Shown in pieces: positions 1 through 12,490 of a stretch of DNA of 64,000 nucleotides (the stretch's first letter is position 1; every line of letters begins with the position of its first letter). The stretch is from Carcharhinus amblyrhynchos. Its lineage: Eukaryota. The stretch is from the NCBI GenBank assembly GCA_965287045.1, contig OZ336877.1, positions 55,986,001 through 56,050,000 on the forward strand, given 5' to 3'. Below the pieces are notes generated by a model, which saw nothing but the letters and a program-made list of their open reading frames with translations, was not told where the DNA came from and made no database searches. The translations under genes and the position numbers were made by a program.

Positions 1-5
1 TGAGT
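1..5 (+). other. TRAM1: Probable remainder of the splice donor ((g)tgagt) of the preceding TRAM1 exon at the window edge
   Basis: The window begins tgagt, and no TRAM1-like exon was seen between 1 and 2143. Confidence 0.35.
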
Positions 6-812
6 ACATTGTCTGCACCCCCAATCTCCCTAAACCTTTTCCAGAATGTTGGTATCACTGTTCTCATCCAGACTGTTGCAATTTGTGTGATACACTGGAT
101 GGACTGTCTTCAGAAAAGGATATAAAGAAACTTATGAGGAGCCAATCCAACTTCAAATCTGGGCAACATGCTAAAAGTATGGAGCATGACGCCAGGTTTT
201 CCATATGATGTGTGATTATGGCTGTAATCCCAATTTAATTGTAACACTTTCTGCTTAACTAAACTTACACAAATTTAAGACAGGGTGATAATGTCCTATT
301 TCAGAAGACCAAAACAATGAAGACAGTTATTAGACTGAAAATTAATTTCCAAAGCATTGCCTGTTGCTAATCAGAAGCAACATCTATACAAGAGGTGAAC
401 TATGATGCTGTGTATTTAATCACTCAGTTACTTAATTTGCTACTATAGAGCACCTTGCAGCCATCCCAGATAGAAAGTAATATCAATCACAATCATCCTG
501 TCAGAATGAATATGGGAACAAGAAGCAATCTTGTCAAAGTGAACATGATTGCTGTATTCTGCCATCAGCAATAACTTAGTTCATTCAGACCTGGAGCAAT
601 GGTTTTATTTGGTGGTAATAGATAATGTAGAATCACTAGGATACCTGGAATTCCATGTATTACATATAGCAAATGTTAAGTCTCTCAAAATATTGTACTG
701 CAAGTGTATATTTGATTTTGCAGTGTAAATTTTTAACTGTACACAAGTATGTTGTGTGTAATTTTTGTTTTGATTTTGGTCTGGGACTATACAGCACATT
801 GTTTTGTTCTAA

Positions 813-1016
<204 letters not shown>

Positions 1017-1753
1017 TGAGTGTTCTAACAAGGAAAATGAAGTAAAGACAATAGGACTCTTCACTGGTAGAGCTACGAGCAGCAAACATGGTGACAGAAA
1101 AGTTGTAGACCTGCTTTTAAACCCATGTTAATGGCTAACAAAGCACCATGATGGGCCTTTGCAAAACTTCCTCCACAAAACCAACGCTTGGCATAATTAC
1201 ATAGGCAAGAAGTTACCATTTTGTGCTTCTGTGCATTTCGCATGCAGCTGAAGTTAGTCTTGGAGTCTCTGGGCTAGAGAGAGGAACAATAGCTCTATCC
1301 TGATTTCAATAAAATGATTTATATGCATGCGTATGAGATTTGGGTGAGGACATTGCCACAATTGTCTCCGACACACACACACACAGTCGTTGAACAGCCA
1401 AGCATACGATGCCACAAGTCTCGTTCACCTGTTGGACCTTAACCTGGTGTTGTGAGACTTCTTACTGTGCTTACCCTAGTCCAATGCCGGCATCTCAACA
1501 TCACGAGTCTCTCTCACACACAGGATGCAATTTAATGGCTGTGATACTGGGCCTGTCCACTAGCTGGAGCATTGCAGTCATTTTTAGATCCTATTGGGAT
1601 TACTTCCCAATTAGTTTATCCATTGCTGCTGTTAGTTCCTGGCTCCCTTAGCAATCCCACAGTAGTTTCTGACACTGGTGGATGTCTCCACTCATGCTGG
1701 ACATTCAAACGTTGACAACTCTCCAGCACCACCAGGAGTACTTCCACTCACAG

Positions 1754-1759
<6 letters not shown>

Positions 1760-1789
<30 letters not shown>
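1760..1789. repeat. (CA)n microsatellite
   Basis: Run of about 15 CA units; a shorter one lies at ~1371-1385. Confidence 0.95.
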
Positions 1790-1791
<2 letters not shown>

Positions 1792-2143
1792 CACCCTCAA
1801 CAAAGGTGAGGTGGGAGAGGAGGAAACGACTCAAAAGGGTTTCTGGGTGGGATGGGCAGTGGTTGTCTTCCCATACATCTCTTACTAATTGTTTGCAAGA
1901 TTGTTATTGATATTTTAAGAGGTAAATGTCTGGTGTACTAATGCTGTACTATGACCTAATAGTAAGTAAGCTGTTTAAATTATTGCAGATTATTGATTAG
2001 ATATGTCACTGAAATAGTGCTATGGAGCAATGATATGTATTCCAGCAAGATCACTGGAATTCAGATAACTGTAAAATGAATATTTGATTAATACAGTGTG
2101 TTGATCCTGGATTCTAATCACTTGCGTATCTTTCTGCTTTCAG

Positions 2144-2214
2144 GAGGATATTCCACGACAGCTTGTGTATACCAGTTTATATGTTTTTCACATTGCTGGA
2201 GCTTACTTGCTAAA
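2144..2214 (+). CDS. TRAM1: TRAM1 internal coding exon ([24 protein letters not shown])
   Basis: Acceptor tttctgctttcag|GAG, donor AA|gtaagt; 71 nt. Translation matches the recalled vertebrate TRAM1 segment [24 protein letters not shown]. Confidence 0.95.
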
Positions 2215-2543
2215 GTAAGTGTCTTTCAAATCTAATTTTATTTATTTTTATTTCCCCAACCGAAAAGTAGACAAGCATCTTGCAAATAGCCTTCTATGAA
2301 GGTTATTTACAAGTCAAATTTTTATCCATTCGTATCCATTTTCAAGGATCTTCATGCCTTGCACAGCTGCTGAGATTATGAATTTGGCGTGCTGTAAATT
2401 TGTATTTGAATTTTTTCCTAATCTAGAGCAGAGCACACTGCTACATCAATACTTTTGCTTTTGGACAGCTTTCACTTGTATGTATTATCATTAACTATTA
2501 AGAATTAGGCTCTTCAATGCTGGCCTTTTATCCTTTGCTGTGA

Positions 2544-2747
<204 letters not shown>

Positions 2748-3789
2748 TGAGTACATCTACTATTTCCAGTTACTCCATGATTAATGGATAGTTTCAGCAA
2801 ACACTTTTCGTGGTCAGAATTTTGAAAAAAGATTAATTGTTCAATATTATCCAGATACTCAAAATAAAACATTGTGAAGTTCTGTTCCTTGGATGAAAAG
2901 TTCACCATTGTTGGAAAGTGCGCTAGGTTGTGGAAAATCTCAGGCACCTTCACTAATACCCACAGAATGACCACTCTTAGGTGGCAGCAAAAACAGTGCA
3001 TTTTGGGAGCATCACAGCCTACCCTAACCCTGTCACCACCTAATGGTCATATATGTTAACACTTTATTGGCTGTACACAATCTTTGATATAGAGTTGACC
3101 AGACAAGGCTCCAGAATGGGAATTCCAAATGATCTTATTTTTACTTTTGGTATAGAGACAATTAGGCCATTTGAGCCAATCCAATGTTTCCCTCATCTGT
3201 ATAGAATGCTACAATGTAACACAAAGTAGTTTCATGAGACATCAACCCTTCTTGCAGTTGCTTCAGCTTTTACTCTGTTTTTCCAATTAATATGCAACAC
3301 CAAAACATTTTCTGTGATAAATTGTTAATATTCATGAGAATGTGGAATTAAGGAAACTGTATTTGAATGGATCTGCATTCACTTTCAATCTTTGCTGATA
3401 CAGACTTACTGTACAGGGGATTATTTGATTTACAGAAAAATGATTTAAAATGTAAATAGTGTTGTTTCATTTGTCTTTCTAACCGCTGCTTTGGTGTCTG
3501 TGAATTATTGTTGGCATTCAAGATCAACATGATTCTCGAATGCCATATGATTGTTGCTGTGTCACAGATTCAGATAGTACAATTATGCAGTGTATTGCTC
3601 CGTTTATATATAGTGGCATCGCTTCTAAACTACAGCTTACAAGTGAGCATGCAGGACTGGATTCTCAGTCATGCAGACTTGAGTTTACAGCCAATTGGGC
3701 TAGTACTCCAACTCGCCTACCTAAAAAGTCATCCCACCTGAGACAGGGAGAGCACTGAAAATAATAGTTCAGTTCCGCACAACTGCTCG

Positions 3790-4100
3790 CAAGATTTCCA
3801 GAAGATCGTGAGTTCAAGCTCCACTCCAGAGCCTTAAGCACATAATTCAGACTGACATTTCAGTGCAGTAGAGTGTGTGTTGCATTGCTGTGGGTACAGT
3901 CATTTGTCAGGCATTAATCAAAATCTGTTCTGTCTAATGGATGACTGAAAAGCATGACTGAAAGAAAAGCAGATGAATTCTTTTCGTGTCATGGTCAATG
4001 TTTGTTCCTCAGCCAACATCATTAAAGTAATGATTTGGTCCTGGTTGGGCTTTAATTATCTGTCACATTTCCCTGTATTACAACAATAACTACACATTTA
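3790..4100 (+). mobile_element. SacSINE1/DeuSINE-like SINE, degraded
   Basis: tRNA-like B box gagttcaagctccactccagag, then gcacataattcagactgacatttcagtgcagta and cctcagccaacatcattaaa, resembling the recalled shark DeuSINE body. Confidence 0.65.
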
Positions 4101-4255
4101 AAAATACAAAAGAACAAAATAAACTTGTGTTGAAGAACAATTTAAAATTTACTTGGCTTTTTAAATTGAATTTTACAGCTGTCTGACATTGCTTTTTTTT
4201 TCCATTCTGTATATTGAATTCAATATCTTAGATTAATCTATCTTTTTAATTCTAG

Positions 4256-4399
4256 ATTTACCATTTGGGCCTTCTTGTTTGTAGTGGCACGACTGCTTAC
4301 TCTCTCTCTGTCTGTCCTCACATTTGGATTTGGCCTTGCTGGAGCCCAAAATCAAAGTTTGGATTTAGCTTCTGGAAACTTTAACATACTGGCTGTCAG
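4256..4399 (+). CDS. TRAM1: TRAM1 coding exon ([48 protein letters not shown])
   Basis: Acceptor tttttaattctag|A, donor AG|gtaaac; 144 nt, in frame; contains the TRAM motifs RLLTL..SVLT.GFGLA and GNFN. Confidence 0.95.
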
Positions 4400-4805
4400 G
4401 TAAACATTTTGCATCTATTCGTGTACGTTTCTAACACCAGGATGAATTTTCATTTTGGTTACATGGGGAAACTGGTATTGCTTGGGCATCTAAGCTCTTC
4501 TTGTACCCAAGAAAAGTAAAATCACAAAGTGAGTGCAGTTGTATTGTGATATTCTTGAATGAGGGAAATACACAATATTAGTGTTTAGGTTCACCCAATG
4601 TACAAGATACTTTTCTTTTGAGCGCCAAAAAATCATGCTTGGCCTATACTCAGCACTTGAGTTACTCCCTTTTTCCCCTGCAAGGAAATGCTAGTCTTGC
4701 ATAAGGAGTTGACTTCAATTTTTCATCTTAGAAATGCATGTTGCACTCACCTTCAGCACATGGGATCAAACAGCAGATATGGGCTGTGTTGCCAAGAAGA
4801 TTCAT

Positions 4806-5138
4806 AGGTGTTTAAAACACCCGCATAGAAAAGATCGTGCATGGGAGTTTAAAACATCCACACAGAATGGACAGGGCATGGGAGTTTAAAATACCAACAC
4901 TGAACGGACTGCACATGGGAGTTTAAAACACCCATACAGAACGGACTGTGCTTGGGTGGTTAAAGCACCAACACTGAACGGACTGCGCATGGGAGTTCAA
5001 AGCACCCGCACAGAATGGACTCTGCATGGAAGTTTAAAAAACCAACATAGGACAGACTGTGCATGGGAGTTTAAAACACCCACGCAGAACAGATTATACA
5101 TGGGTGTTTAAAACACCCACACAGAACACACTATGCAT
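4806..5138. repeat. Minisatellite, 37-bp unit x ~9 (consensus GGGAGTTTAAAACACCCACACAGAACGGACTGTGCAT)
   Basis: Unit starts at 4806, 4843, 4880 and so on, directly visible. Confidence 0.95.
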
Positions 5139-6022
5139 GAGAATTTACTATATTGTGTTTTGTGTTGTGGTGTTACAATGACATGTGGCAAAAAGGATCC
5201 TGAGTCCAATTCTTGGTATGTGCTGAACCAACTGTGTTTGGAAACTGAAGTTGGTTTCAGCTGAGGAAGAGATTTCTAATTATGATCCAGATCCCACTAC
5301 TGCAAAAAAATGTAAGTGTTGAGGTTAGAGGAGGATTGACTCAAACTAATGTTCCTCAATCAGAAATTAGAACAGTATTAATAACCAACCAACACTCCCT
5401 TTTTAATCACATACATGAAGAACTACAAGTTGCACAAGGTACTGGAGTGCTGTCTGTGAATAGAACTATAATCATAGCCAGCATTGGTACCTTTTAAAGA
5501 TGTAGAGAGAAACATACAGAAAATCTTCAATAATATTTGCATGGTGAGCACAAAAAATATTGAGAGTACATCATTTGTTTTATGTACACCTGTGCTTAGT
5601 CCCATACTGACATTTACTAGTCTAGACAAAAGACTTTTTACTGCCTTGATATATAATTATGCTGACTCTTGGAAGCTGCCTGCAGCCAACTGAGGAAGAG
5701 CTTGCCATTTGAGCGTGAATTACATTTCTGATTCAGCAGATCCTTCTAAGTTATAATTAGTGACTTATTCCAATCAGTCAGTCAATGTCCCTGGTACATC
5801 AAACAAGTGAAGGAAGCCTTGCTTTCAAGAGGCAGTGCAGTTCCACTTCCCTGTGAAAAAGCAGCATCAGTTTCAAAAAGTACAGAATATTTCTCAAGTG
5901 TTGGGATTCCTGGAATACACATTGCTGACCCATGTATTATATACATTGTTGAATCTGGCTCACTGTCTGATGGGCAGGTTGCACTGAGGAGTGTGCCCTG
6001 AATTGCCAAGCAAGGTTGGACC

Positions 6023-7305
6023 GGGGAAGTCGTGTCTGACGAATTTATTGGAGTTCTATGAGGATGTGTCTAGGGAGGTGGATAGAGGAGAGCCGGTGGA
6101 TGTGGTCTTTCTTGATTTTCAGAAGGCGTTTGACAAGGTACCTCACAAGAGGTTATTGCAGAAGGTAAGGGGCCATGGAATTGGGGGTAGGGTGTTAGCG
6201 TGGATAGAGGATTGGCTGTCAAATAGGAGGCAGAGAGTGGGGGTCAATGGGTGCTATTCAGATTGGCGGTTGGTGACTAGTGGAGTGCCCCAGGGGTCGG
6301 TGCTGGGGCCTCAGCTATTTACCATTTATATAGATGATCTGGAGGAGGGAACCGAGTGTATGGTGTCGAAATTTGCTGATGACACCAAGATTGGTGGAAC
6401 GGCAAATTGCGCGGAGGGTGTGGAGAGTCTGCAGAAGGATCTAGATAGGCTGGGCGAATGGGCCAGGAACTGGCAAATGGAATTTAATGTTGGCAAGTGC
6501 GAGGTGGTCCACTTTGGTAGGAATAATGGTAGGAAGGACTATTACTTACGTGGCGAAAAACTGCAGCAGGCGACGGTGCAGAGGGACCTCGGGGTCCTTG
6601 TGCATGAGTCACAAAAACCCAGCCTGCAGGTTCAGCAGGTGGTCAGGAAGGCTAATGGGATGCTGGCCTTCATAGCGAGGGGGGATTGAATATAAAAGTA
6701 GGGAGGTCTTGCTGCAGCTGTGTAGGGCACCTGGTGAGGCCGCAGCTGGAGTATTGTGTGCAGTTTTGGTCACCGCACTTACGCAAGGATATTTTGGCCT
6801 TGGAGGGAGTGCAGAGGAGGTTTACTAGGCTGATGCCGGAGTTGAGGGGGTTGAGCTATGAGGAGAGGCTGAATAAACTAGGCTTGTACTCGTTAGAGTT
6901 TAGAAGAATGAGGGGAGATCTCATTGAGACATATAAGATAATGAATGGGATGGATAGGATAGAGGTGGAGAGACTCTTCCCGCTCAGTAAGGACAGTAGG
7001 ACTAGGGGGCACAGCCTCAAGATAAAGGGGGGGCGGTTTAGAACGGAGTTGAGGAGGAACTTCTTCACTCAAAGGGTGGTGAATCTCTGGAATTCTGTGC
7101 CCGTTGAAGTGGTGGAGGCTGCCTCGCTAAATATTTTTAAGACACGGGTTGATGGGTTTTTGATAAGCAAGGGGATTAAGGGTTATGGGGAGAGGGCGGG
7201 AAAGTGGAACTGAGCCACGACAGATTAGCCATGATCTTATTGAATGGCGGGGCAGGCTCGAAGGGCTAGATGGCCTACTCCTGCTCCTATTTCTTATGTT
7301 CTTAT
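6023..7305 (+). mobile_element. Young CR1 (HER1-like) LINE, 5'-truncated, RT and C-terminal ORF2 region with frameshifts near 6680-6730; in TRAM1 intron
   Basis: ORFs 5991..6689 and 6686..7213: LDFQKAFDKVPH, GVPQGSVLGP, KFADDTK, LEYCVQFW. 3' tail TTCTTATGTTCTTATG; possible GACC TSD (6019-6022 / 7306-7309). Confidence 0.97.
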
Positions 7306-8655
7306 GACCCTTCAGACTGACCTCATGCAGCAGCTTCACATTACCAGCTTTCAGATTGGGTAGGATGATGCCCCACTTGGTCACTTACCCATAGACTCAG
7401 TGACAGGAATTTATGTCATTACCTTCTGCCACATTTGTGCCCAATAATTTTTCTTCTTGTCCACTTTTGAACTTTGGCCAAGAGTGACATCTTTCAAATC
7501 CATTTTAAGTCTTTATAAATACTGAAACAATAATTTCCTTTAAATGCATGTGAACTGCTAGTCAAATGTTGACTTGTTACCTGCCAGTGCAAAGCCAGAG
7601 CTGTATTAAGAGCTTATGCTAATGTATTTTTAAATGAGCTTCTCTTGTAAAATTGGACACAGTTTCTGTATAATATTCAGTAGGTAACTTTCAACCACCA
7701 ACTAACTCGTCATTCTCGGTGTAGATTTTTTTCTCTGTCAGAAAATACAGAGACTTGTGTATATAGAGGCTCTCTACACAAGGGGTGGGTAGAATGGAAA
7801 TTGGCCTAAAGATATAGGAAGAAACCGATAAAGAAAATTGGCTGAATACATTCTTGATTGGTGCACGTTTTTGCCATCCTTCTATTGAATTATGGTTATA
7901 TTTTAAACTTTGGAGAATCAAGAGTATAAACCTGCTTCCGAATAGACAGTCCTGCAAACCTACCTGCTTGGTTTCATTGGTTTAGAATTATTTTCAGGTA
8001 TGCATCCCTTAATGTCCCATTGGTAATAGAACCAATTGGTATAGCATTAAGCCAAGAAGCCATCCACCATCTTGTCTTAGAAATCTGTTGCCACTCCTTT
8101 AGGTCAAAGTCCTCAAATGCCTTATGAAACAGCACTGGGATGTACATATGAGGATTGCAATACTTCAGGAAGGTGGCTCACGACTACCACCTTGAGCAAT
8201 TGGGATGAGCAACAAGTGCTGTCCTTACCAATGATGCTCACTTTTTTTTTTAAATACCAAAGTTAACTGATCAGTTTGCGAGCTATAATTGATGTTAGTG
8301 GCTCTGGACTAATAAGCAAAGAGAAAAATCAACCCAAGTTCCTGTCCTGCCTGCAAATGTAAACCATGTTAAGATAAAACCAACTGCAATGCCCTCTGTA
8401 GTGCACCAGGCTCTGGCATGAAGAAATAAATACTGGCTTACCTATTGAACTGTATTCAGAAACAGCAGATTTTATGGGCAGGAGGGAAGAAAATTGGTGA
8501 ATTATTGTAAAACTATTTGAGTCATAAATTGTATAGCTAATGAATATACTGTGACATGTGACAGATTTTTATTTTTAGTCAACAATATATGCAAAGCTGA
8601 TAAAATTAAAGATGAAGAAATTTAACTACAAATATAATTATGTAATTGATTCCAG

Positions 8656-8816
8656 AATAAGTGCCCTGGCTACCATTTGCCTGACGCAGGCATATATGAT
8701 GTGGAAGTTCATTAATTTCCAGCTCAAGAGATGGAAGGAGCATGCACAAATTCAGGCTCTAAAAAAGAAAGCTACCAATGCCAAGAGCAAAACAGCTAAA
8801 AGAGGAGAAAGTAAAG
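8656..8816 (+). CDS. TRAM1: TRAM1 penultimate coding exon (ISALATICLTQAYMMWKFINFQLKRWKEHAQIQALKKKATNAKSKTAKRGESK)
   Basis: Acceptor gattccag|A, donor AAG|gttagt (alternative donor at 8811). MMWKFINFQL.RW.EH is a TRAM1 signature; overlaps ORF 8612..8821. Confidence 0.93.
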
Positions 8817-9112
8817 GTTAGTTTACTCACTTAAAACAATGCAATAATGACACTTGATACCATACTACAGTAATGCACATCATTTTGTGATGTTCAAACT
8901 GATGAGTATTGTTTTCTCTACAATGGTTCTCACTGTGGTGTGAATTTGTTGGATATGCAAGGGAAAAGATAGATGAATGTTTTGGGTTGAACTCCTTTGT
9001 CAATTATTTTTCTTACAAATACTACCTGATCTGCAAATTTACAGAATCTTATGTTTTAAATAAGATTTGCATTATTTGAGCTTTTCTTACTCTTTATCCT
9101 GCCCTACCTGTT

Positions 9113-9448
9113 GGGGCGGCATGGTGGCAGAGTGGTTAGCACTGCCTTTTCACAGCTCCAGGAACCTGGGTTTGATTTCTGACTTGGGTCACTGTGTGGA
9201 GTTTGCACATTCTCCCTGTTTTTTGCATGGGTTTCCTCCTGGTGCTCTGGTTTCCTCCCACAGTCCAAAAATGTGCCAGTCAGGTTGATTGGACATGCTA
9301 AATTAACCCTTAGTATCCCAGGATATGATAGGTTAGAGGGATCAGCAGGATAACTAAGTAGAGATAGGGCTTGTGTGGGATTGTTGTCGGTGCAGACTCG
9401 ATGAGCCGAATGGCCACCTTCTGCACTGTAGGGCTTCTATGTTTCTAT
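9113..9448 (+). mobile_element. HE1-type V-SINE, full length
   Basis: tRNA head GGGGCGGCATGGTGGCAGAGTGGTTAGCACTG, V-domain gtgtggagtttgcacattctccc...ggtttcctcccacagtccaaa, and CR1-derived tail ccttctgcactgtaggg.ttctatg. Confidence 0.9.
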
Positions 9449-9568
9449 CTTCTCTTTAGACTATTCCTAGTTTGCACCATATACACATTTATTATGAGCA
9501 ATTGTATTCTCACCCCTTGAAGAAATGGTAAAAGTTCTTGACTCTGGCTGAAACTTTATAAGAATAAT

Positions 9569-10630
9569 CACAGAATCTTTACAGTGCAGAAGGAGGCTAT
9601 TTGGACCATTGAGTCTGCACTGGCTCTCTGAAAGAATATTCTATGTAATCCCATTCCCCTGTTTTATTCTTGTAATTCTGCACGTTAGTTTTTCCAGGCA
9701 GCAATCCAACTTTCTTTTGAATATCTTGATCAAACCTGCCAAAACCACCCTCTCAGGAAGTTTGTTCCAGATTCTAATCGCCCTCTGGGTGAATGAACTT
9801 TTCCTCATATCACTTTTAATTCTTTTGCAAATGATTTTGAATCTGTACCCTCCTACTACTTGATGCTTCCTTGAATAAGAACATTTTTTCACTGTTTACC
9901 CTGTCAATACTCCTCAGGATCTTGAATATCCCTACTGAGTCTCTCTTGGGCTTCTTTTCTCCAAAGAAAACAGTCCCAACTTCTTCAGTCTATTCTCATT
10001 GCTATAGTTCTTTATCCTTGGAATCACTTTTGTGAATTTCTCCTGTAGTCTCTCCAAAGCCTTCACATCCTTCCTCAAGAATGGAACCCAGAATTGGATG
10101 CAGTACTGCAGGAAGCCAAATTAATTCAATAATCAATGTCCCTATTAATAAAGTCTAAGATACTTTTTGCTTTATTAACTGCTTTTTCGACCTGCCTCGC
10201 CATCTGAAGTGTACAATGAGAACCCTCTTCCCGCACCATTTCCAATTTCTTCCCTTGTTTATTACTGTCTCTCCATATTCTTCCTGCCAAAATAAAGCTC
10301 CTCAGACTTCTCTGCATTGAATGTCATCTGCCACTTGTCTGCCCAATCCATCAACATGTCAATGTCCTTCTGAAATTCAGGATTATTATCTTTACAGTTG
10401 CCAACATCTCCCATCTTCATATCTAAAAATTTTTAAATCATGCCCTGAACACCATACTCGAGATCATTCAACTATATTGGGAAGAGAAAAAGTCCTAGCA
10501 CTGACCCCTGAAGAAATCCAGTACAAACCTTCCTTCAATATGGAAAACAATCATTTATCACTACTCCTGTTGTCACTCAGCAATTTCTTATCCACTGATA
10601 CTGTGTTATTTCTGAAATGTGTTCTATAAT
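9569..10630 (-). mobile_element. Old CR1 LINE 3' fragment with the HE1-like 3' tail
   Basis: Minus ORFs SFTQRAIRIWNKLPERVV and QVEKAVNKAKSILDFINRDIDY; its tail matches the HE1 tail. Confidence 0.85.
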
Positions 10631-10958
10631 CTCCTTTTTATTCCCCTGATTTTTATAATGTCTTGTTTGACCATTTTGATCCATAGTGGAACTCTAGTTG
10701 GAGAGTCGGCTGCCTATTATACACCATCTAATACTGCCAATTTGTACCCTCTGAAGTCGAAAGTTCTTCCCTGCATGGTTTAGCATGTATTTCATTATCA
10801 CTTTATCTGCTTTACGTTGGGTCTGATTTCTGTTTGTATTCCCCGTTATGCAAACTGGTTGCAATCCAGAACAAAAGTTGATTGAAGTTGTAAGTATAAC
10901 TTTTCAATCCCTGGTCTCCACTGGAAAAAAAATTGTAACCGATCTTCCTATTTTACAG

Positions 10959-11032
10959 CTAATGGAGTAAATGGGATCGTTACTTCTGAAGATAGAGATT
11001 CTCCACGTGCAAGAAAGGTCAAATCTTCTTGA
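10959..11032 (+). CDS. TRAM1: TRAM1 last coding exon (ANGVNGIVTSEDRDSPRARKVKSS*), with C-terminal dilysine (KxKxx) ER-retrieval motif
   Basis: Acceptor cttcctattttacag|CT, TGA at 11030-11032. NGVNG...DSPR..K.KSS matches the TRAM1 (not TRAM2) C-terminus. Confidence 0.93.
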
Positions 11033-12490
11033 AAATTAGACTACATCGGTACATAAATTGTCAGTTTCACGATTTTGTTTCTTTTTTGACAATTTCCCCA
11101 TAAACATTAATTTGCTGCCGCAAGCAATATTTACTTCTGAGTACTTGTGTAATGCTGGGCATTCAAAAGCCAATAAGGCTGCAGGGAAAGAAAAGCTGAG
11201 GGTGAGAGGTCACTCATTCTTTGAATAATTTCCCTATTTCATAGAAGGTAATTGTTGCTTGAACAAATGCTTTATTTTTGACATTTTGGTATGATCTTGC
11301 CTCAAAGAGCACCACCATAGAAAATATGGAAGGTAAGCAACTTGAAACTGACCCAAGATCTGGCTCAGAGCTGTTATCCTTGAGAAACCACACAGTAACT
11401 AGGATTTGGCTTTCCTAACCTATAGTGTTGTTTCTCAAGTTTGGACAGCTCTGTTGTGACTCATCAGAGAGCCACACTCCCCTGAGTTTTTTTTACAGAA
11501 CCACTTCAGAAGACATAAGTGAAATGTCTTTGAGCATGGAAGACTGCTTAAAGAACTAAGGATCTCAGTGCTAGTCAGAAACTTGATTTTGTCAAATGTG
11601 TCAAAAAAAAAATGCTTCTGCGAGGACTTAGATAAAAACTTACTTGGATGATTCTCATCCTGGATCTCTCCATGCGGAGTGACATTCACAGGGGTTCATC
11701 TATAGACATTAAAGGGGAGGCCATAATTTGCTGTGATCTGCCCACTGAGTGACACCAACTGTTCAAGTGGGAAGGGGCAGGTGCCACATGCCAATAAAAT
11801 AATAAACATTTTGCAACATCATATAAAACTGGGCTGCAGAAGTAAGAATTCAAGAAAGCATACCATATGAAAAATCAAACTCTTTTTAACATTGCATTTG
11901 TTTTCACCTGTGGTGCGTGCTGAGTTTTATTTTGGAAACTATTCTGGTCTGAAGGATGTGTTTATTACAGATTATATTCCAAGTTAGTAACTCATCACTT
12001 AAATTCTAATTTTAAATGCTATAAATTGAGAAACATTCTAGAATTCTATAAAGAATCTCTAATTATTGTTCATAATGGTACTGATACTTACAGGAAATGA
12101 TTTTGAAAGTGATTATCAGTGAGGCTATATGTGTGTTTTGAAAGCTAAATAGGTTTTTCAGGCTATTGGATTAAAATAAATGCAAGTTCTTGTATCAAGC
12201 TGCTAATAGCAGATTAATTTTCTATGCCTTAATTTGTTTTAATCGGAACTGCAGTATTCTTCTCCATTAATCTATTTGACCATTTTCAATCAGTTTTATA
12301 ACTTCAAAGCCAAACTCTATGTTCTCAGGTTAATTTTGAATGGGGCAGTCTGTGAAGAGACCACTGCAATATAGTGTTTTTTAAAAAAAACAGTGCAACA
12401 ATGAAATTGCAGTAGAGCTTCATAGAGGAGAAAAGAAATATGCTTTTTATTTTTTTACTCTAATAAAAGACACAAAAAGGGCTGCCAAAT
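11033..12490 (+). other. TRAM1: TRAM1 3' UTR with candidate polyadenylation signals (AATAAA at 11793, 11801, 12175, 12462)
   Basis: AT-rich, repeat-poor sequence after the stop codon with several AATAAA hexamers; the true end is not determinable. Confidence 0.6.

Noticed and set aside
2971-2990. CTCF-like motif (cttaggtggcagca)
   Set aside because: Only a partial match, lacking the 5' CCA/CCG core; not distinguishable from chance.
4806-5138. CRISPR-like array (37-bp period, palindromic repeat)
   Set aside because: The inter-palindrome segments are homologous to each other rather than unique spacers; the context is a vertebrate intron with no cas genes.
9113-9190. tRNA gene
   Set aside because: The A/B boxes belong to a SINE head followed by the V-domain; no cloverleaf.
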